A stretch of 64,000 nucleotides of DNA from Alphaproteobacteria bacterium (GCA_017457005.1 JAFTII010000031.1:746-64745), one strand, 5' to 3'; positions 48,287 through 58,800 are shown, counted from the first letter of the stretch. Notes: generated by a model not told the origin, from the sequence alone. A program made the numbers and translations.

Positions 48287-49191
48287 CAGAAATTTCTAAC
48301 CTTTTCATCCGGTGAATTGCGCAAGACTTCTTCAAGCTTTTTATCGGGTTTGTCAGGAGAAACTATATTTAAAATAATTATTTGATCTCCACCTTTAATT
48401 CCTTTACCTTTTAGACGGAGTTTTTCTTGACTTGAGGCGTATGCCGGTATGTTTACCGCCACCTTTCCACTTATGGTGGGAACAGTTACCTTTGCACCTA
48501 AAACAGCTTCTTTTATAGTTATCGGCAACTCAATCACAATATTATTGCCATCTCTGATAAAATACGGGTGCTTATCAATATTTAGGGTTATCAGTACGTC
48601 TCCGGCGCTTCCTCCGTTAATACTAGGATGTCCAAGACCTTTGAGACGCAGAGTTTGTCCGTCCGTTGTTCCTTCCGGAATTTTGACATTTATATTCTTC
48701 CCGTTAATGTTAACGTTTTTCTCATCTCCGCGTGCCGCAGATAAGAAATCTATTCGCATAGAATAGTTTATATCTTCTCCTTTACGAGGTCTTCTTGGCG
48801 ATGATGAAAATCCACCTCCTTGAAACCCACCTCTGCCACCGGTAAATTGAGAAAAAATATCGCTGCCAAAGATGGATGAAAAATCAAAATCTCCTCCTCC
48901 GGTACTATAATATCCGCCGCCCTGTCCGAAAGGATTAGATCCAAAACCTGCGCCAAAACCGGTAGGCTTACCATCTGAATCTATTTCATTATTATCATAT
49001 TTTTGGCGTTTTTCTTTATCTCCTAAAATATCATAAGCAGAAGAAATTTCTTTAAACTTTTCAGCGGCTTCCGGATTGTCTTTATTTAAGTCCGGATGAT
49101 ATTTACGAGCCAACTTACGATAAGCAGATTTAATTTCCGCTTCACTTGAGCTTTTAGATACACCAAGAATATGATATAAATTTTTATTCAT
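48286..49191 (-). CDS. cbpA: DnaJ-domain co-chaperone (CbpA-like: J domain, Gly-rich region, DnaJ C-terminal domain, no zinc finger)
   Basis: J domain with HPD ([13 protein letters not shown]), G/F-rich region, C-terminal substrate-binding domain. Confidence 0.7.
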   Translation of the reverse strand: MNKNLYHILGVSKSSSEAEIKSAYRKLARKYHPDLNKDNPEAAEKFKEISSAYDILGDKEKRQKYDNNEIDSDGKPTGFGAGFGSNPFGQGGGYYSTGGGDFDFSSIFGSDIFSQFTGGRGGFQGGGFSSSPRRPRKGEDINYSMRIDFLSAARGDEKNVNINGKNINVKIPEGTTDGQTLRLKGLGHPSINGGSAGDVLITLNIDKHPYFIRDGNNIVIELPITIKEAVLGAKVTVPTISGKVAVNIPAYASSQEKLRLKGKGIKGGDQIIILNIVSPDKPDKKLEEVLRNSPDEKVRNF

Positions 49192-49252
49192 TTTTACTTC
49201 CTCTCTTATACGCTATATAGGAAGAAAAAAAACTTATTGCAAGCCATAGGTA

Positions 49253-49555
49253 CTAAAATTCAGGTAATTTTTGACAAACAAATGTTACTCGGCGGTAATT
49301 ATCCGGACGCAGTATTATTTCGTATAAAGAAGCTTGCTTTCCCCCTTTATCTTGGCAATATAAAGCTGCTACAGGGGCGATTTCATCTACACGAATATCT
49401 TTATATTCATAAACAACATGTGAAGGAGATTTATCTACAACTCTGGCATGAGCCGCAATATAATTATAATCAGGTTCTTCCCAAATAGCATATTCACTTT
49501 CTGATGCACAAGAAACCAATACAAACAACGCAAAAAGAATTACAATTTTTTTCAT
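49253..49555 (-). CDS. Hypothetical lipoprotein (100 aa)
   Basis: Signal peptide with LVSCA lipobox. Confidence 0.3.
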   Translation of the reverse strand: MKKIVILFALFVLVSCASESEYAIWEEPDYNYIAAHARVVDKSPSHVVYEYKDIRVDEIAPVAALYCQDKGGKQASLYEIILRPDNYRRVTFVCQKLPEF

Positions 49556-49773
49556 TAATTTATCTCCTGTGTCTTTTGCTGTTTTCCTTTTTGCTGATCC
49601 GAATTTGATTTTAGTTCTAATGGGGTCAAGCCTTCAACACTCTCTCCACCTTTTTGAATAATTACTTTAAGGCGCAAGTTGCTAATTCTCTTGGTTGCTT
49701 CCGTATAGTTATATTCCATGCGAGCCTCCTTGGTTATTTGCCATTATATTATCACTTTTTGGTTAACCAATGT

Positions 49774-50091
49774 TTAATCTAACAGATTGTATATATCTTT
49801 GCCTGCTTGCAATAAAATATTATATACTTTTTTGTTCGTAGAATTCTTATTACGAGTATTTTGAAGCTCATTCAACATATTTTGCAGATGACGATTAAAA
49901 CGTTCGTTTTGCCTTAATTTTTCAATATCACTTATATTCTCTTCGTCATCAATTTTATAGTTAACAACTGCTTTGAGGGTTGCTATGTACATCGCTTCTT
50001 TTTGAGATGTGTATTGTGCAGATGTTGTATCAATACCTACCAAAACTAACAAAAAGCTTAATATTAACAAGCGCATTGTGAGCTTCTCCAT
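49774..50091 (-). CDS. Hypothetical secreted protein (105 aa)
   Basis: Signal peptide; helical. Confidence 0.3.
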   Translation of the reverse strand: MEKLTMRLLILSFLLVLVGIDTTSAQYTSQKEAMYIATLKAVVNYKIDDEENISDIEKLRQNERFNRHLQNMLNELQNTRNKNSTNKKVYNILLQAGKDIYNLLD

Positions 50092-50174
50092 AAAAATGTT
50101 GTTTTTCGTAAAATTTATAAATATACTACTATTATTATATTTCTTTGACTATTGCTTTTTGAAAGTTATTAAAC

Positions 50175-51149
50175 ATGAAAAAAACTTTATGGGCTTTATT
50201 GGATGACCGTGTCGGTAGTGTCGGACAAGCCAGAGGTGTTTTGCAAGTTCTTGAGAAGCACTTAGACATTACAGAAAAACAACTGGTATATACTAAATGG
50301 GCTAAATTACCTAATTTTATAAAAGGTCGTTCATTAATCGGCATTGATACTCAAAACAGTGCTGAAATAAACGCTCCATTTCCGGATATAGTTTTATCTA
50401 CCAGCAGGCGAACAACCCCCGTTGCTCGTTTGATAAAAAAACAATCAAAAGGAAAGACTAAAATAGTTCAGTTAATGTTCCCTGGTAATACGGGTATTCG
50501 TGACATAGACTTGATAATTGTACCTGAACACGATACTATCAAACATAAAAACGAAAAGTTTTTTACGGTTACCGGTTGCCCACATCGTGTAACATCACAA
50601 AAACTAAAAGAAGCCGAAGATAAATGGGCGGATGTTTTTGCCGATCTTCCAAGACCTTTTACCAGTGTTATCATCGGCGGCTCAATAAAAGGAAAGCCAT
50701 TCAGCAAACAAAATGCTGAAGATTTAGCTATGCAAATTAAGCAGCTCCACAATAAACTCGGAGGCTCTCTGCTGATTACAACCTCACGCCGAACCGGAGA
50801 GGAAGCTCAAAATATAATTATGAATAAACTTACGGGTATCCCAATGCATACGTTTTTGTGGGGTGAAAAAAAAGAAAACCCCTATATGGGATATTTAGCT
50901 TGTGCCGATAAAATACTGATTACAGGAGATTCTGTCTCAATGTGTTCTGAGGCTTGCGGGACAGGAAAACCAATATTGATCTTTGAAGGACATAATTGGC
51001 TGACACCTAAACACTTACGCTTTACAAAATCATTATTCAGCGGAGGTTTTGCTACCCCCGTTTATGCAGATAATGCCCTAGACTTTGAACCGTCAAAAAC
51101 TCTAAATACGGCAGAACTGATAGCCGGCAAGATATTAGAAATCAGGTAG
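50175..51149 (+). CDS. ELM1/DUF1022-family (mitochondrial fission ELM1-like, glycosyltransferase-like) protein
   Basis: N-terminus LWALLDDRVGSVGQARGV is typical of bacterial ELM1-like proteins, which are common in Rickettsiales-type Alphaproteobacteria. Confidence 0.55.
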   Translation: MKKTLWALLDDRVGSVGQARGVLQVLEKHLDITEKQLVYTKWAKLPNFIKGRSLIGIDTQNSAEINAPFPDIVLSTSRRTTPVARLIKKQSKGKTKIVQLMFPGNTGIRDIDLIIVPEHDTIKHKNEKFFTVTGCPHRVTSQKLKEAEDKWADVFADLPRPFTSVIIGGSIKGKPFSKQNAEDLAMQIKQLHNKLGGSLLITTSRRTGEEAQNIIMNKLTGIPMHTFLWGEKKENPYMGYLACADKILITGDSVSMCSEACGTGKPILIFEGHNWLTPKHLRFTKSLFSGGFATPVYADNALDFEPSKTLNTAELIAGKILEIR

Positions 51150-51878
51150 GGAATTATTTTCTGCTTGAAAAGAATCTGCTTCTATCGCCTGCTCTATCGG
51201 GCTACTCTTTTTGGTTGCAACCAATCGTTGGAACATACCGCCAAAATAGGTGCTTTTTCTCCATAAAAAATTAGGACGATTTTGGGCGTAGTTTTCTATA
51301 CCTCTATCCCAAAGTTTTTCCGCAAACGGATGATACAAACGATTATACATACGAACCCAATAACGTAACGGATGCCAAGCACAAGGATTGTGATAATCTA
51401 TAAAAATTACTTTGCCTCCGGGCTTTGCCGCACGGAGAGCATTGTTAATTATTTTTGATTTGGTAGCAGACGGAACTTCTTGTAAAAGCATAAAACAAAG
51501 AACCACATCATATTTATTCTCAAACTTCATTGTGGCCGCATCTTCTCTGAAAATGTTAAGGCACGGATAAATATGCCCGTACTTTTCTTGATTTCTTGCA
51601 ACTTGAAAAGGATTTATATCTATAAGATCATATTGCCCATACGCACCAATCAATTGTGCAACTTCGTCTATTTGATAACCAAAGACCTGCCCTAATTGTA
51701 AAACAGTTTGATTTTGAGATATACCATGAAGCGCTGATGAAACTAATCTTCCGTATTGAAAAAAAGAACGCAAATTAGCAGAAAACCTCGTATCAAGCTC
51801 TGAGCTTCGTTCAATACTATTATATATATCTCCATATACCTTAGTCGTATATGCCGGAAGTTTTTTGTTATTCTTCAT
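51135..51878 (-). CDS. Class I SAM-dependent methyltransferase (UbiE/RquA-like)
   Basis: Methyltransferase fold blocks (VLQLGQVFGYQIDEV... DVVLCFMLLQEV... GGKVIFIDY). Confidence 0.45.
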   Translation of the reverse strand: MKNNKKLPAYTTKVYGDIYNSIERSSELDTRFSANLRSFFQYGRLVSSALHGISQNQTVLQLGQVFGYQIDEVAQLIGAYGQYDLIDINPFQVARNQEKYGHIYPCLNIFREDAATMKFENKYDVVLCFMLLQEVPSATKSKIINNALRAAKPGGKVIFIDYHNPCAWHPLRYWVRMYNRLYHPFAEKLWDRGIENYAQNRPNFLWRKSTYFGGMFQRLVATKKSSPIEQAIEADSFQAENNSLPDF

Positions 51879-52224
51879 TTTCTTGCTCCATCATCAATAA
51901 ATATTGTTTTACGGCGGTTATCTGTTCGGTATAACATTCACGACATTCATTTATAAGCTGTATTGCTTTTTCTGTTCGGCAATTAATGATACAATCTTCT
52001 GCACGCTGACAAAGAGTTGAAAATTTATCCATCCCAAAAATCTTACTACCTGAACGCCAATTATGAAAAACATATCTTTTTTTGGCAAATTCAATATTAT
52101 CCATATTTTGCCAATTTTCTGCCGAACAATTAAGAAACTCATTCCAAAGACCACAAAACTTATCTTTTCCAAAAACAGATAAGTAACGCTCTATTTCTTC
52201 GTAATTTATTTCTTTTTTAATCAT
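51868..52224 (-). CDS. Hpt-domain histidine phosphotransfer protein
   Basis: HNWRSGSKIFG resembles the Hpt H-x-x-KG-s phosphoacceptor motif. Adjacent and overlapping the response regulator gene. Confidence 0.45.
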   Translation of the reverse strand: MIKKEINYEEIERYLSVFGKDKFCGLWNEFLNCSAENWQNMDNIEFAKKRYVFHNWRSGSKIFGMDKFSTLCQRAEDCIINCRTEKAIQLINECRECYTEQITAVKQYLLMMEQENEE

Positions 52225-52885
52225 GAATTAATCCTAATTTTGTTGCCTCTACGACAGCTCCCGTACGGTTATAAACATTAAGAAGTTTTAATATTGCCGT
52301 AACGTGTAATTTTACAGTTCCTTCTGTAAGTCCGAGTTCATAGGCTATTTGCTTATTAGATTTTCCCTTAGAAATTAAACGAATAACATCAATTTGCCGA
52401 GGAGATAAAATTTTCAAATTATCTTCAACATTTTTTGCAACAGGTAATTTTTCAACTTGCTTGAGCAGATCAAACTCATTTTGATCTGTATGATGTAACA
52501 GCTCCGGCGGAATATATACCCCACCTGACACCACTAAATTTATGGCACTTATAATAATAGCATTAGATGAGGTTTTAGGAATATAGCCGGCAGCTCCGAT
52601 TTCTATAGTTTTTTGCACCACTTCTTTATCAAAAACCGCAGATAAAATGATAATCGGGGTTTCCGGAAGGCTTTCGTGAATACTGGTTATTGCATCAAGC
52701 CATCGTGAACCGGGCATAGCCAAGTCGGTAAGTACCAATCCGAAATCATTATCTCTTTTTAAGATAGAAAAAATCTCTGTATAGCTTTTGGCCGATACTA
52801 TCTCCCATTCAGGATTATAGTCTTTTAAGACCATTTCTAAGCCTTTAAGAAATAACTCGTGATCATCTGCAATAAGTATTTTCAT
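52217..52885 (-). CDS. NarL/FixJ-family response regulator (REC + LuxR-type HTH)
   Basis: N-terminal MKILIADDHELF receiver with phosphoacceptor Asp (LVLTDLAMPG), C-terminal LuxR HTH (LSPRQIDVIRLISKGKSNKQIAYELGLTEGTVKLHV). Confidence 0.8.
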   Translation of the reverse strand: MKILIADDHELFLKGLEMVLKDYNPEWEIVSAKSYTEIFSILKRDNDFGLVLTDLAMPGSRWLDAITSIHESLPETPIIILSAVFDKEVVQKTIEIGAAGYIPKTSSNAIIISAINLVVSGGVYIPPELLHHTDQNEFDLLKQVEKLPVAKNVEDNLKILSPRQIDVIRLISKGKSNKQIAYELGLTEGTVKLHVTAILKLLNVYNRTGAVVEATKLGLIHD

Positions 52886-52895
52886 TGTATTCTCC

Positions 52896-53630
52896 TTACT
52901 TCCAATCTCCTGACAGAGCTTGCCATACTGATAGTGCTGCCGTTGCAGCTGTTTCTGCTCGCAAAATACGCGGACCTAAAGAAACCGCAGTTACAAACGG
53001 CAAATTATAAAGCATTTCCGCTTCAGAATCAGAGAATCCTCCTTCAGGACCTATAAGCAATGCGGTTTTACTTGCCGACTTATCAGAAAAAGCATCTGCA
53101 CAAGTACGCCCTTTGCCTCTTTCATCAAAAAAGAATATTCTCCGAGATGTATCCCATTGCTTTAGCAATTCTTCTATTTTTGCTACAGGCCTTAAAACCG
53201 GAGTGTCCAGCCTCTCACATTGCTCTGCTGCTTCTCTCATTTGTGTTTGAATACGATCTTGCCTCAGTTTATCAGTTATTCCATATTGTGTGATAACCGG
53301 CTGTAAAACAGAAACCCCCAGTTCAACGCTTTTTTCAACCAAAAAATCCATACAGTCTTTCTTTAATGGAGAAAAAACAAGCCAAACATCAGGAGACTTC
53401 ACTGCTTCACGTATCTTTGCATTTAAGTTTATTGATGTTTGTTTTTTATGAATTGTGCCGATAATAGCTGAAAATTCTCCGCATTTTTCATTGAAACAAC
53501 TTATTTTACTACCACTTTTAAGGCGCATAACATTACACAAATAATGTGACTGCATCTCGTTCAAAACTAAAGGGATGCCTTCTTTCAGCTCATCTTCAAC
53601 ATAAAGACGTATTTTAGAATTACTACTCAT
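52896..53630 (-). CDS. rsmE: 16S rRNA (uracil1498-N3)-methyltransferase
   Basis: LLIGPEGGFS and LGPRILRAETAA blocks match RsmE. Confidence 0.75.
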   Translation of the reverse strand: MSSNSKIRLYVEDELKEGIPLVLNEMQSHYLCNVMRLKSGSKISCFNEKCGEFSAIIGTIHKKQTSINLNAKIREAVKSPDVWLVFSPLKKDCMDFLVEKSVELGVSVLQPVITQYGITDKLRQDRIQTQMREAAEQCERLDTPVLRPVAKIEELLKQWDTSRRIFFFDERGKGRTCADAFSDKSASKTALLIGPEGGFSDSEAEMLYNLPFVTAVSLGPRILRAETAATAALSVWQALSGDWK

Positions 53631-54181
53631 TTTTTTGCTCTTATGTTAAATCTGATAATTTTGCTTTGCGAAACTTCCGGTTCTCCATTTTCGCTGACAT
53701 GCTTGTCTAAAAAAACCTTATAAACACCTGTTTGCAGTGCTTTGAACTCAAATGTTCTGATATTTCCCGACACGTAAGAAGCGACCATTTCTATAGCCTC
53801 TTGCGGAAAATCACACTTCCAAACACCTTTATCCGCAACAGGTAAATCAACTTTAACCGTCTGATCTACTTTCATTTTGATTTTCAGTCCATCAATCTCT
53901 CGCATATCAACATTCGGAAACGGTTGAGGTTCAACCAAAATTTTATTGGCAATTTTCAGATAATCTATTTCTATCGTTTTCGCCGGCAATGCTCTCTTCT
54001 TTTTCACGCTCGGACTTTGGTATGAACCTCCGGTTGATCTGGCTATATTTCTATAAGAAAAGGCACTGCCGGAATCTTGAACTACATAGGCATTAACCGG
54101 ATATACAAAGCACATGCTTAACAAAATTATACATAATTTAACTATTGTTTTCATTCTAATGTCTTTCATTTTTCTGGGCAT
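53627..54181 (-). CDS. Hypothetical exported protein (184 aa)
   Basis: Signal peptide; beta-rich. Confidence 0.35.
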   Translation of the reverse strand: MPRKMKDIRMKTIVKLCIILLSMCFVYPVNAYVVQDSGSAFSYRNIARSTGGSYQSPSVKKKRALPAKTIEIDYLKIANKILVEPQPFPNVDMREIDGLKIKMKVDQTVKVDLPVADKGVWKCDFPQEAIEMVASYVSGNIRTFEFKALQTGVYKVFLDKHVSENGEPEVSQSKIIRFNIRAKK

Positions 54182-54277
54182 AAGGAATAATTAAGCTTTT
54201 TTATACATTATTTGTGAGTTATCTTAACTCAAGAAAGTAAAATTTTTATTACACACTAAATCTTAACGGATTGAAAA

Positions 54278-54949
54278 ATGATTATAACCATAGACGGTCC
54301 GGCATCTGCCGGCAAAGGAACTTTGGCACAAAGCCTCTCTCAAAAATATCAAATGGCTTACTTTGATACCGGTATGGTATATCGGGCAGTCGGCTTAAAA
54401 TTAGTCTTAAAAGGCATATCCCCCGATAACGAATCGGAAGCGGAAAAAGCTGCATTGTCTTTAGATTTCCCTCAAATGATCAACCTGTCAAAGGAAGCGG
54501 ATTTTCGGTCAGATGTGGGAGGAAGAGCGGCCTCTATTGTAGCGGCTAATCCGGCGGTAAGAACAGCTTTGCTTAAAATGCAACAAGATTTTGCAAACAA
54601 TCCGGTGTTTGGTGATGGGACACCGGCCAAAGGTGCTATTTATGACGGCAGAGATACCGGAACCGTCGTATGCCCGAATGCCGATATAAAACTATATGTT
54701 ACAGCTTCTCCAGAGGTTAGAGCGGAACGAAGACATAAAGAATTTCTAGCCAAAGGAATCAATAAAACTTTTGAAGAAGTATTGGCTCAAATTAAAGAAC
54801 GAGATGAAAGAGATCAGCAACGTGCGGCTGCACCGCTAAAACCGGCAGATGATGCCATAATTATTGACACATCAATATATGATGCAAAACAGGTTTTTAA
54901 TAAAGTTTGCGAAATAATTGATTCTTTTCAAAAAAAGCTTGAAAAATAA
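54278..54949 (+). CDS. cmk: Cytidylate kinase
   Basis: IITIDGPASAGKGT P-loop; the cmk-rpsA linkage is conserved. Confidence 0.85.
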   Translation: MIITIDGPASAGKGTLAQSLSQKYQMAYFDTGMVYRAVGLKLVLKGISPDNESEAEKAALSLDFPQMINLSKEADFRSDVGGRAASIVAANPAVRTALLKMQQDFANNPVFGDGTPAKGAIYDGRDTGTVVCPNADIKLYVTASPEVRAERRHKEFLAKGINKTFEEVLAQIKERDERDQQRAAAPLKPADDAIIIDTSIYDAKQVFNKVCEIIDSFQKKLEK

Positions 54950-55043
54950 ATATTTAAGTGTATAAACAAAACACCCTATGCAAAAGGGTGCGCTTTTGTT
55001 TGGGAATGTTTAACTTCGCACAAGACCTCCTCATTATATAAAT

Positions 55044-56759
55044 TTGAGGAATGGCATTTTGAAATTTATGAAATATATGATTAATACAGATATTAAAATT
55101 CCGGAAACAAATGAAAACTTTGAAGCCTTGCTGAATGAACAATTCGGCGACAAAGGCATTACCGGATCTGTTGTTAAAGGTACAGTTATTAAACTTACTT
55201 CTGATTTTGCAACTGTTGATGTAGGCCTGAAATCTGAAGGCCGTATTCCGATGAGAGAATTCGGTCAAAACGCAGAGCTTAAAATCGGCGATGTTATTGA
55301 AGTTTATGTTGATCGTTATGAAGATAAAGACGGCAACATTGTTCTTTCTCGTGAAAAAGCTCGCCGCGAAGAAGCTTGGTTGGATTTGGAAAAATGTCTC
55401 AATTCAGGCGAAAGAGTTAACGGCGTTATCTTTGGCCGTGTTAAAGGTGGATTTACCGTTGATTTGAACGGTGCAATTGCTTTCTTGCCCGGCTCTCAAA
55501 TTGATATTCGTCCTATTCGCGATATTACTCCGTTAATGGGTATTACTCAACCTTTCCAAATCTTGAAGATGGATAAAGTCAGAGGAAATATCGTTGTTTC
55601 TCGTCGTGTTGTTTTGGAAGAAACTCGCGCAGAAGCTCGCGCAGAATTAATTGATACCCTCAAAGAAGGCTCTGTTTTGGATGGTGTTGTTAAAAACATT
55701 ACAGATTACGGTGCATTTATTGATTTGGGCGGTGTTGACGGATTATTACATGTTACGGATATCTCTTGGAAAAGAATTAATCATCCGGCAGAACTCCTTT
55801 CTGTTGGTCAAACCGTAAAAGTTCAAGTTATTAAATTTAACGAAGATAATCAAAGAATATCTTTGGGTATGAAACAACTTGAATCTGATCCATGGCAATC
55901 TGTTGCCAATAAGTACCAAGTCGGCGAAATCTATAACGGTAAAGTTACCAATATTACCGATTATGGTGCTTTTGTTGAATTGGAAGACGGTATTGAAGGT
56001 TTAGTTCACGTTTCTGAAATGAGCTGGACACGCAAAAACGTTCATCCGGGTAAGATTGTTTCTACCTCTCAAGAAGTACAAGTTAAAGTTTTGGAAGTTG
56101 ATGCTGACAAACGTCGCATTTCTTTAGGTATTAAACAATGTACTCCGAATCCTTGGGCTGCTTATATTGAAGAACATGCTGTCGGATCTGTTATTGAAGG
56201 AAAAATCAAAAACATTACCGAATTTGGTTTGTTTATCGGTTTATCTGATGAAATTGACGGCATGATTCATTTATCTGATATCTCTTGGGAAAAATCAGGT
56301 GAAGAAGCTGTTAAAGACTATGTAAAAGGTCAAGATATCCAAGCTAAAATTATTGACGTTGATGTAGATAAAGAACGTATCAGCCTCGGTATCAAACAAT
56401 TAACAGAAGACACAAACGGCGCTGCTCTTGCAGCCTTCAAAAAAGGTGACGTTGTAAAAGCAACCGTTAAAGGTATTGACGACAAAGGCGTTATTGCTGA
56501 AGTTAACGGTGCCGCAGCTTACATCAAAAAAGCTGACCTCTCTAAAGAGAAATCAGCTCAAAGCCCTGAAAATTATAAAGAAGGGGATGTTTTAGAAGCT
56601 AAAATTACTTCTGTTGATAAGAAAAACGGAAAATTAAACCTCTCTGTTAAGGCTTTAGAGATTGAAGAAGAGAAAAAAGCATTGGAAGAATATGCTTCAT
56701 CTACCGGAAACTCTGCTTTAGGAGATGCTTTAGGCGAAGCTCTTAAAAAGAATGCCTAA
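55044..56759 (+). CDS. rpsA: 30S ribosomal protein S1 (six S1 domains)
   Basis: Repeated S1-domain blocks (G.V..i.d.GaFv.l..g..Gl.H.S.....). Exact start uncertain: the ORF track uses TTG at 55044; ATG at 55068 or 55077 is also possible. Confidence 0.9.
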   Translation: MRNGILKFMKYMINTDIKIPETNENFEALLNEQFGDKGITGSVVKGTVIKLTSDFATVDVGLKSEGRIPMREFGQNAELKIGDVIEVYVDRYEDKDGNIVLSREKARREEAWLDLEKCLNSGERVNGVIFGRVKGGFTVDLNGAIAFLPGSQIDIRPIRDITPLMGITQPFQILKMDKVRGNIVVSRRVVLEETRAEARAELIDTLKEGSVLDGVVKNITDYGAFIDLGGVDGLLHVTDISWKRINHPAELLSVGQTVKVQVIKFNEDNQRISLGMKQLESDPWQSVANKYQVGEIYNGKVTNITDYGAFVELEDGIEGLVHVSEMSWTRKNVHPGKIVSTSQEVQVKVLEVDADKRRISLGIKQCTPNPWAAYIEEHAVGSVIEGKIKNITEFGLFIGLSDEIDGMIHLSDISWEKSGEEAVKDYVKGQDIQAKIIDVDVDKERISLGIKQLTEDTNGAALAAFKKGDVVKATVKGIDDKGVIAEVNGAAAYIKKADLSKEKSAQSPENYKEGDVLEAKITSVDKKNGKLNLSVKALEIEEEKKALEEYASSTGNSALGDALGEALKKNA

Positions 56760-56781
56760 GTAGGTTGATTTATATAAGAAA

Positions 56782-56812
56782 AGCAGGCTTTTCAGCCTGC
56801 TTTTCTTATTTG
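56782..56812 (+). terminator. Rho-independent terminator after rpsA
   Basis: AGCAGGCT-TTTC-AGCCTGCT hairpin followed by TTTCTTATTT. Confidence 0.5.
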
Positions 56813-56876
56813 CGTTTTTTTAATATATTTGTGACATAATATAATAAAACTAATTTTAATTCTTAGGAAACACGTT

Positions 56877-57842
56877 ATGGCAAATATAACCGATACATCT
56901 TTTTCAGATATTTATATTACTCCGGATAAAAAAGCATATATCCCTGATTTACAAACCATGAATGCTTTAAAATTATATGAACCAGAAGATTTTGAGATAT
57001 TTTTTGAACAAATTGCTAATTCTTGGGATGGGAAAAACCCCAGCTATTCTGTAGTATATAACGGAATATATTACAGAATAGAGAGAACGGTTACTTTAGA
57101 CGGTGTACAGTATTGTGCAAGGAAAATGCCGGAAGAAGTACCGTCTTTTATGTCTTTGGGCTACCCTCGCCAATTAGAAAAATATATGTTGTCTTTAAAA
57201 AATGCTTCAGGATTAATACTTTGGAGCGGACCAACCGGTTCAGGAAAAACAACTTCAATCTCAAGCTTGCTAAAAGAATACCTTATGAATGAAGGTGGTT
57301 TTGCATACACTATTGAAGATCCAAATGAACAACCTCTTGATGGAATATATAATGCAGTTAACGGCGGTTTAGGTTTATGCAAACAAACTATGCCGGCAAA
57401 CGGGAATTGGGGAGAATCTTTAAAATCGGCTCTTCGTTCTCACCCCAGATATATAATGGTTGGAGAAATAAGAACACCGGATACGGCATCTGAAGTTTTG
57501 CGTGCGGCAACCTCAGGTCACTTAGTATTATCTACAATTCACGCTAACAACCTGACTGATGCAATTAACTCTGTTGTAAAATATGCCTCATCCAGCGGTA
57601 TGAGTGAAGAGTTGGCTTATGACTTGTTTTCAAGAGGAATGCTAGCGGTTTTGCACCAAACTCTGGTAGGCACATCCGTAAAAAGAGCATCTGTTTCTTG
57701 TTTGTTTGCAAATGCAGATACAACCAAAGGCGACCAAGTACGAGGCATTATTAAATCAGGCAAGCTAAATTTAGCAACATCCATTGAAACTCAAATGACC
57801 AGAATGGCTCGCGGGCTTCCTTTGTTTTCAGATATTTCTTAA
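56877..57842 (+). CDS. Stand-alone PilT/VirB11-superfamily secretion ATPase (321 aa)
   Basis: Walker A GPTGSGKTTSI, Asp box/Walker B region IMVGEIRT, His box VLSTIHANN. Small size and lack of an N1 extension or tetracysteine fit a retraction-type or VirB11-like ATPase rather than GspE. Confidence 0.6.
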   Translation: MANITDTSFSDIYITPDKKAYIPDLQTMNALKLYEPEDFEIFFEQIANSWDGKNPSYSVVYNGIYYRIERTVTLDGVQYCARKMPEEVPSFMSLGYPRQLEKYMLSLKNASGLILWSGPTGSGKTTSISSLLKEYLMNEGGFAYTIEDPNEQPLDGIYNAVNGGLGLCKQTMPANGNWGESLKSALRSHPRYIMVGEIRTPDTASEVLRAATSGHLVLSTIHANNLTDAINSVVKYASSSGMSEELAYDLFSRGMLAVLHQTLVGTSVKRASVSCLFANADTTKGDQVRGIIKSGKLNLATSIETQMTRMARGLPLFSDIS

Positions 57843-58270
57843 TCCCAAGGAAAGACGACCCATTTATCGGGTAGAGATATTGTTTGAAAATCAGCAATTT
57901 CTCTTCCTTGCGGTTTGGCATATACACAAGCAAAGCTTGCTGACGGGTACAAGTTTTTCAGCATTTTAACGGTTCTACCGCTATCTGCCAAGTCATCAAC
58001 TATTAAAGTTTCTGCCCCATAGTTCATTGACTTACTGATAATTTCAACATCTTTATCAGAACGTTGCTTACTATCATCATAACTTGAAACATTAATTAAT
58101 TCACAATTTCTTATATTTAATTCATAAGATAAAATACCGGCAGGAAGCAAGCCTCCTCGGCTAACTGCAACTATTTGCTTAAAATCTTTTGTTGATGACT
58201 TTATTTGCTCGGCTAATAACTTAACGTGCTGATGAAAATCTGACCAACTTATATATATTTTTTCAGTCAT
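57839..58270 (-). CDS. gpt: Xanthine-guanine phosphoribosyltransferase
   Basis: 143 aa; the PRPP-binding block LIVDDLADSGRT and the overall pattern are typical of Gpt. Confidence 0.75.
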   Translation of the reverse strand: MTEKIYISWSDFHQHVKLLAEQIKSSTKDFKQIVAVSRGGLLPAGILSYELNIRNCELINVSSYDDSKQRSDKDVEIISKSMNYGAETLIVDDLADSGRTVKMLKNLYPSASFACVYAKPQGREIADFQTISLPDKWVVFPWD

Positions 58271-58275
58271 TTAAC

Positions 58276-58800
58276 TTATCCTTGTTGAGCCTTTAATTTA
58301 TAAATATATTCAACGACATCATCATCATCCCAATCTACCGTACCGCTAATACGACCGATTTCTTCGCCTGATTTATTAATTAAGACAGTGTGAGGATATG
58401 AAAAAACACCAAAATCTCCGGCTAATGTTCCTTTTTTATCAATATAATATTTTACATCTGTAGCTCCATATTTTTGAAGCAATTGGCGTTGTTCCCATAT
58501 TCCTGTCCATTCCTCACTGTTAGAAACCAGTAAAACCTTTATACCGTTATTTTGGGTTTTATTGACAAATGTATTAATCTCATCAAGTTCTTTTATACAT
58601 GGTGCGCAATATCGTGACCAAAACATAACCAATACAAAATCACCCCGAAGATCATTTAAGCGCAAAGATATGCCCTCCGGAGAATATATCGGAGATTGCG
58701 GAGCCGGACGAGAATAGGCAAAAATATTGATTCCGCTTTTTGCCATTACTAAATTTGCACAGACACAAAATAAAACTATAAGCAATATTTTTTTTATCAT
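58276..58800 (-). CDS. TlpA/ResA-like periplasmic thiol:disulfide oxidoreductase (thioredoxin fold)
   Basis: Signal peptide; WSRYCAPC CxxC active site. Confidence 0.65.
   Translation of the reverse strand: MIKKILLIVLFCVCANLVMAKSGINIFAYSRPAPQSPIYSPEGISLRLNDLRGDFVLVMFWSRYCAPCIKELDEINTFVNKTQNNGIKVLLVSNSEEWTGIWEQRQLLQKYGATDVKYYIDKKGTLAGDFGVFSYPHTVLINKSGEEIGRISGTVDWDDDDVVEYIYKLKAQQG

Noticed and set aside
54954-55268. 104-aa minus-strand ORF
   Set aside because: It overlaps the cmk terminator hairpin and the rpsA start region antisense, with no Shine-Dalgarno or family signal.
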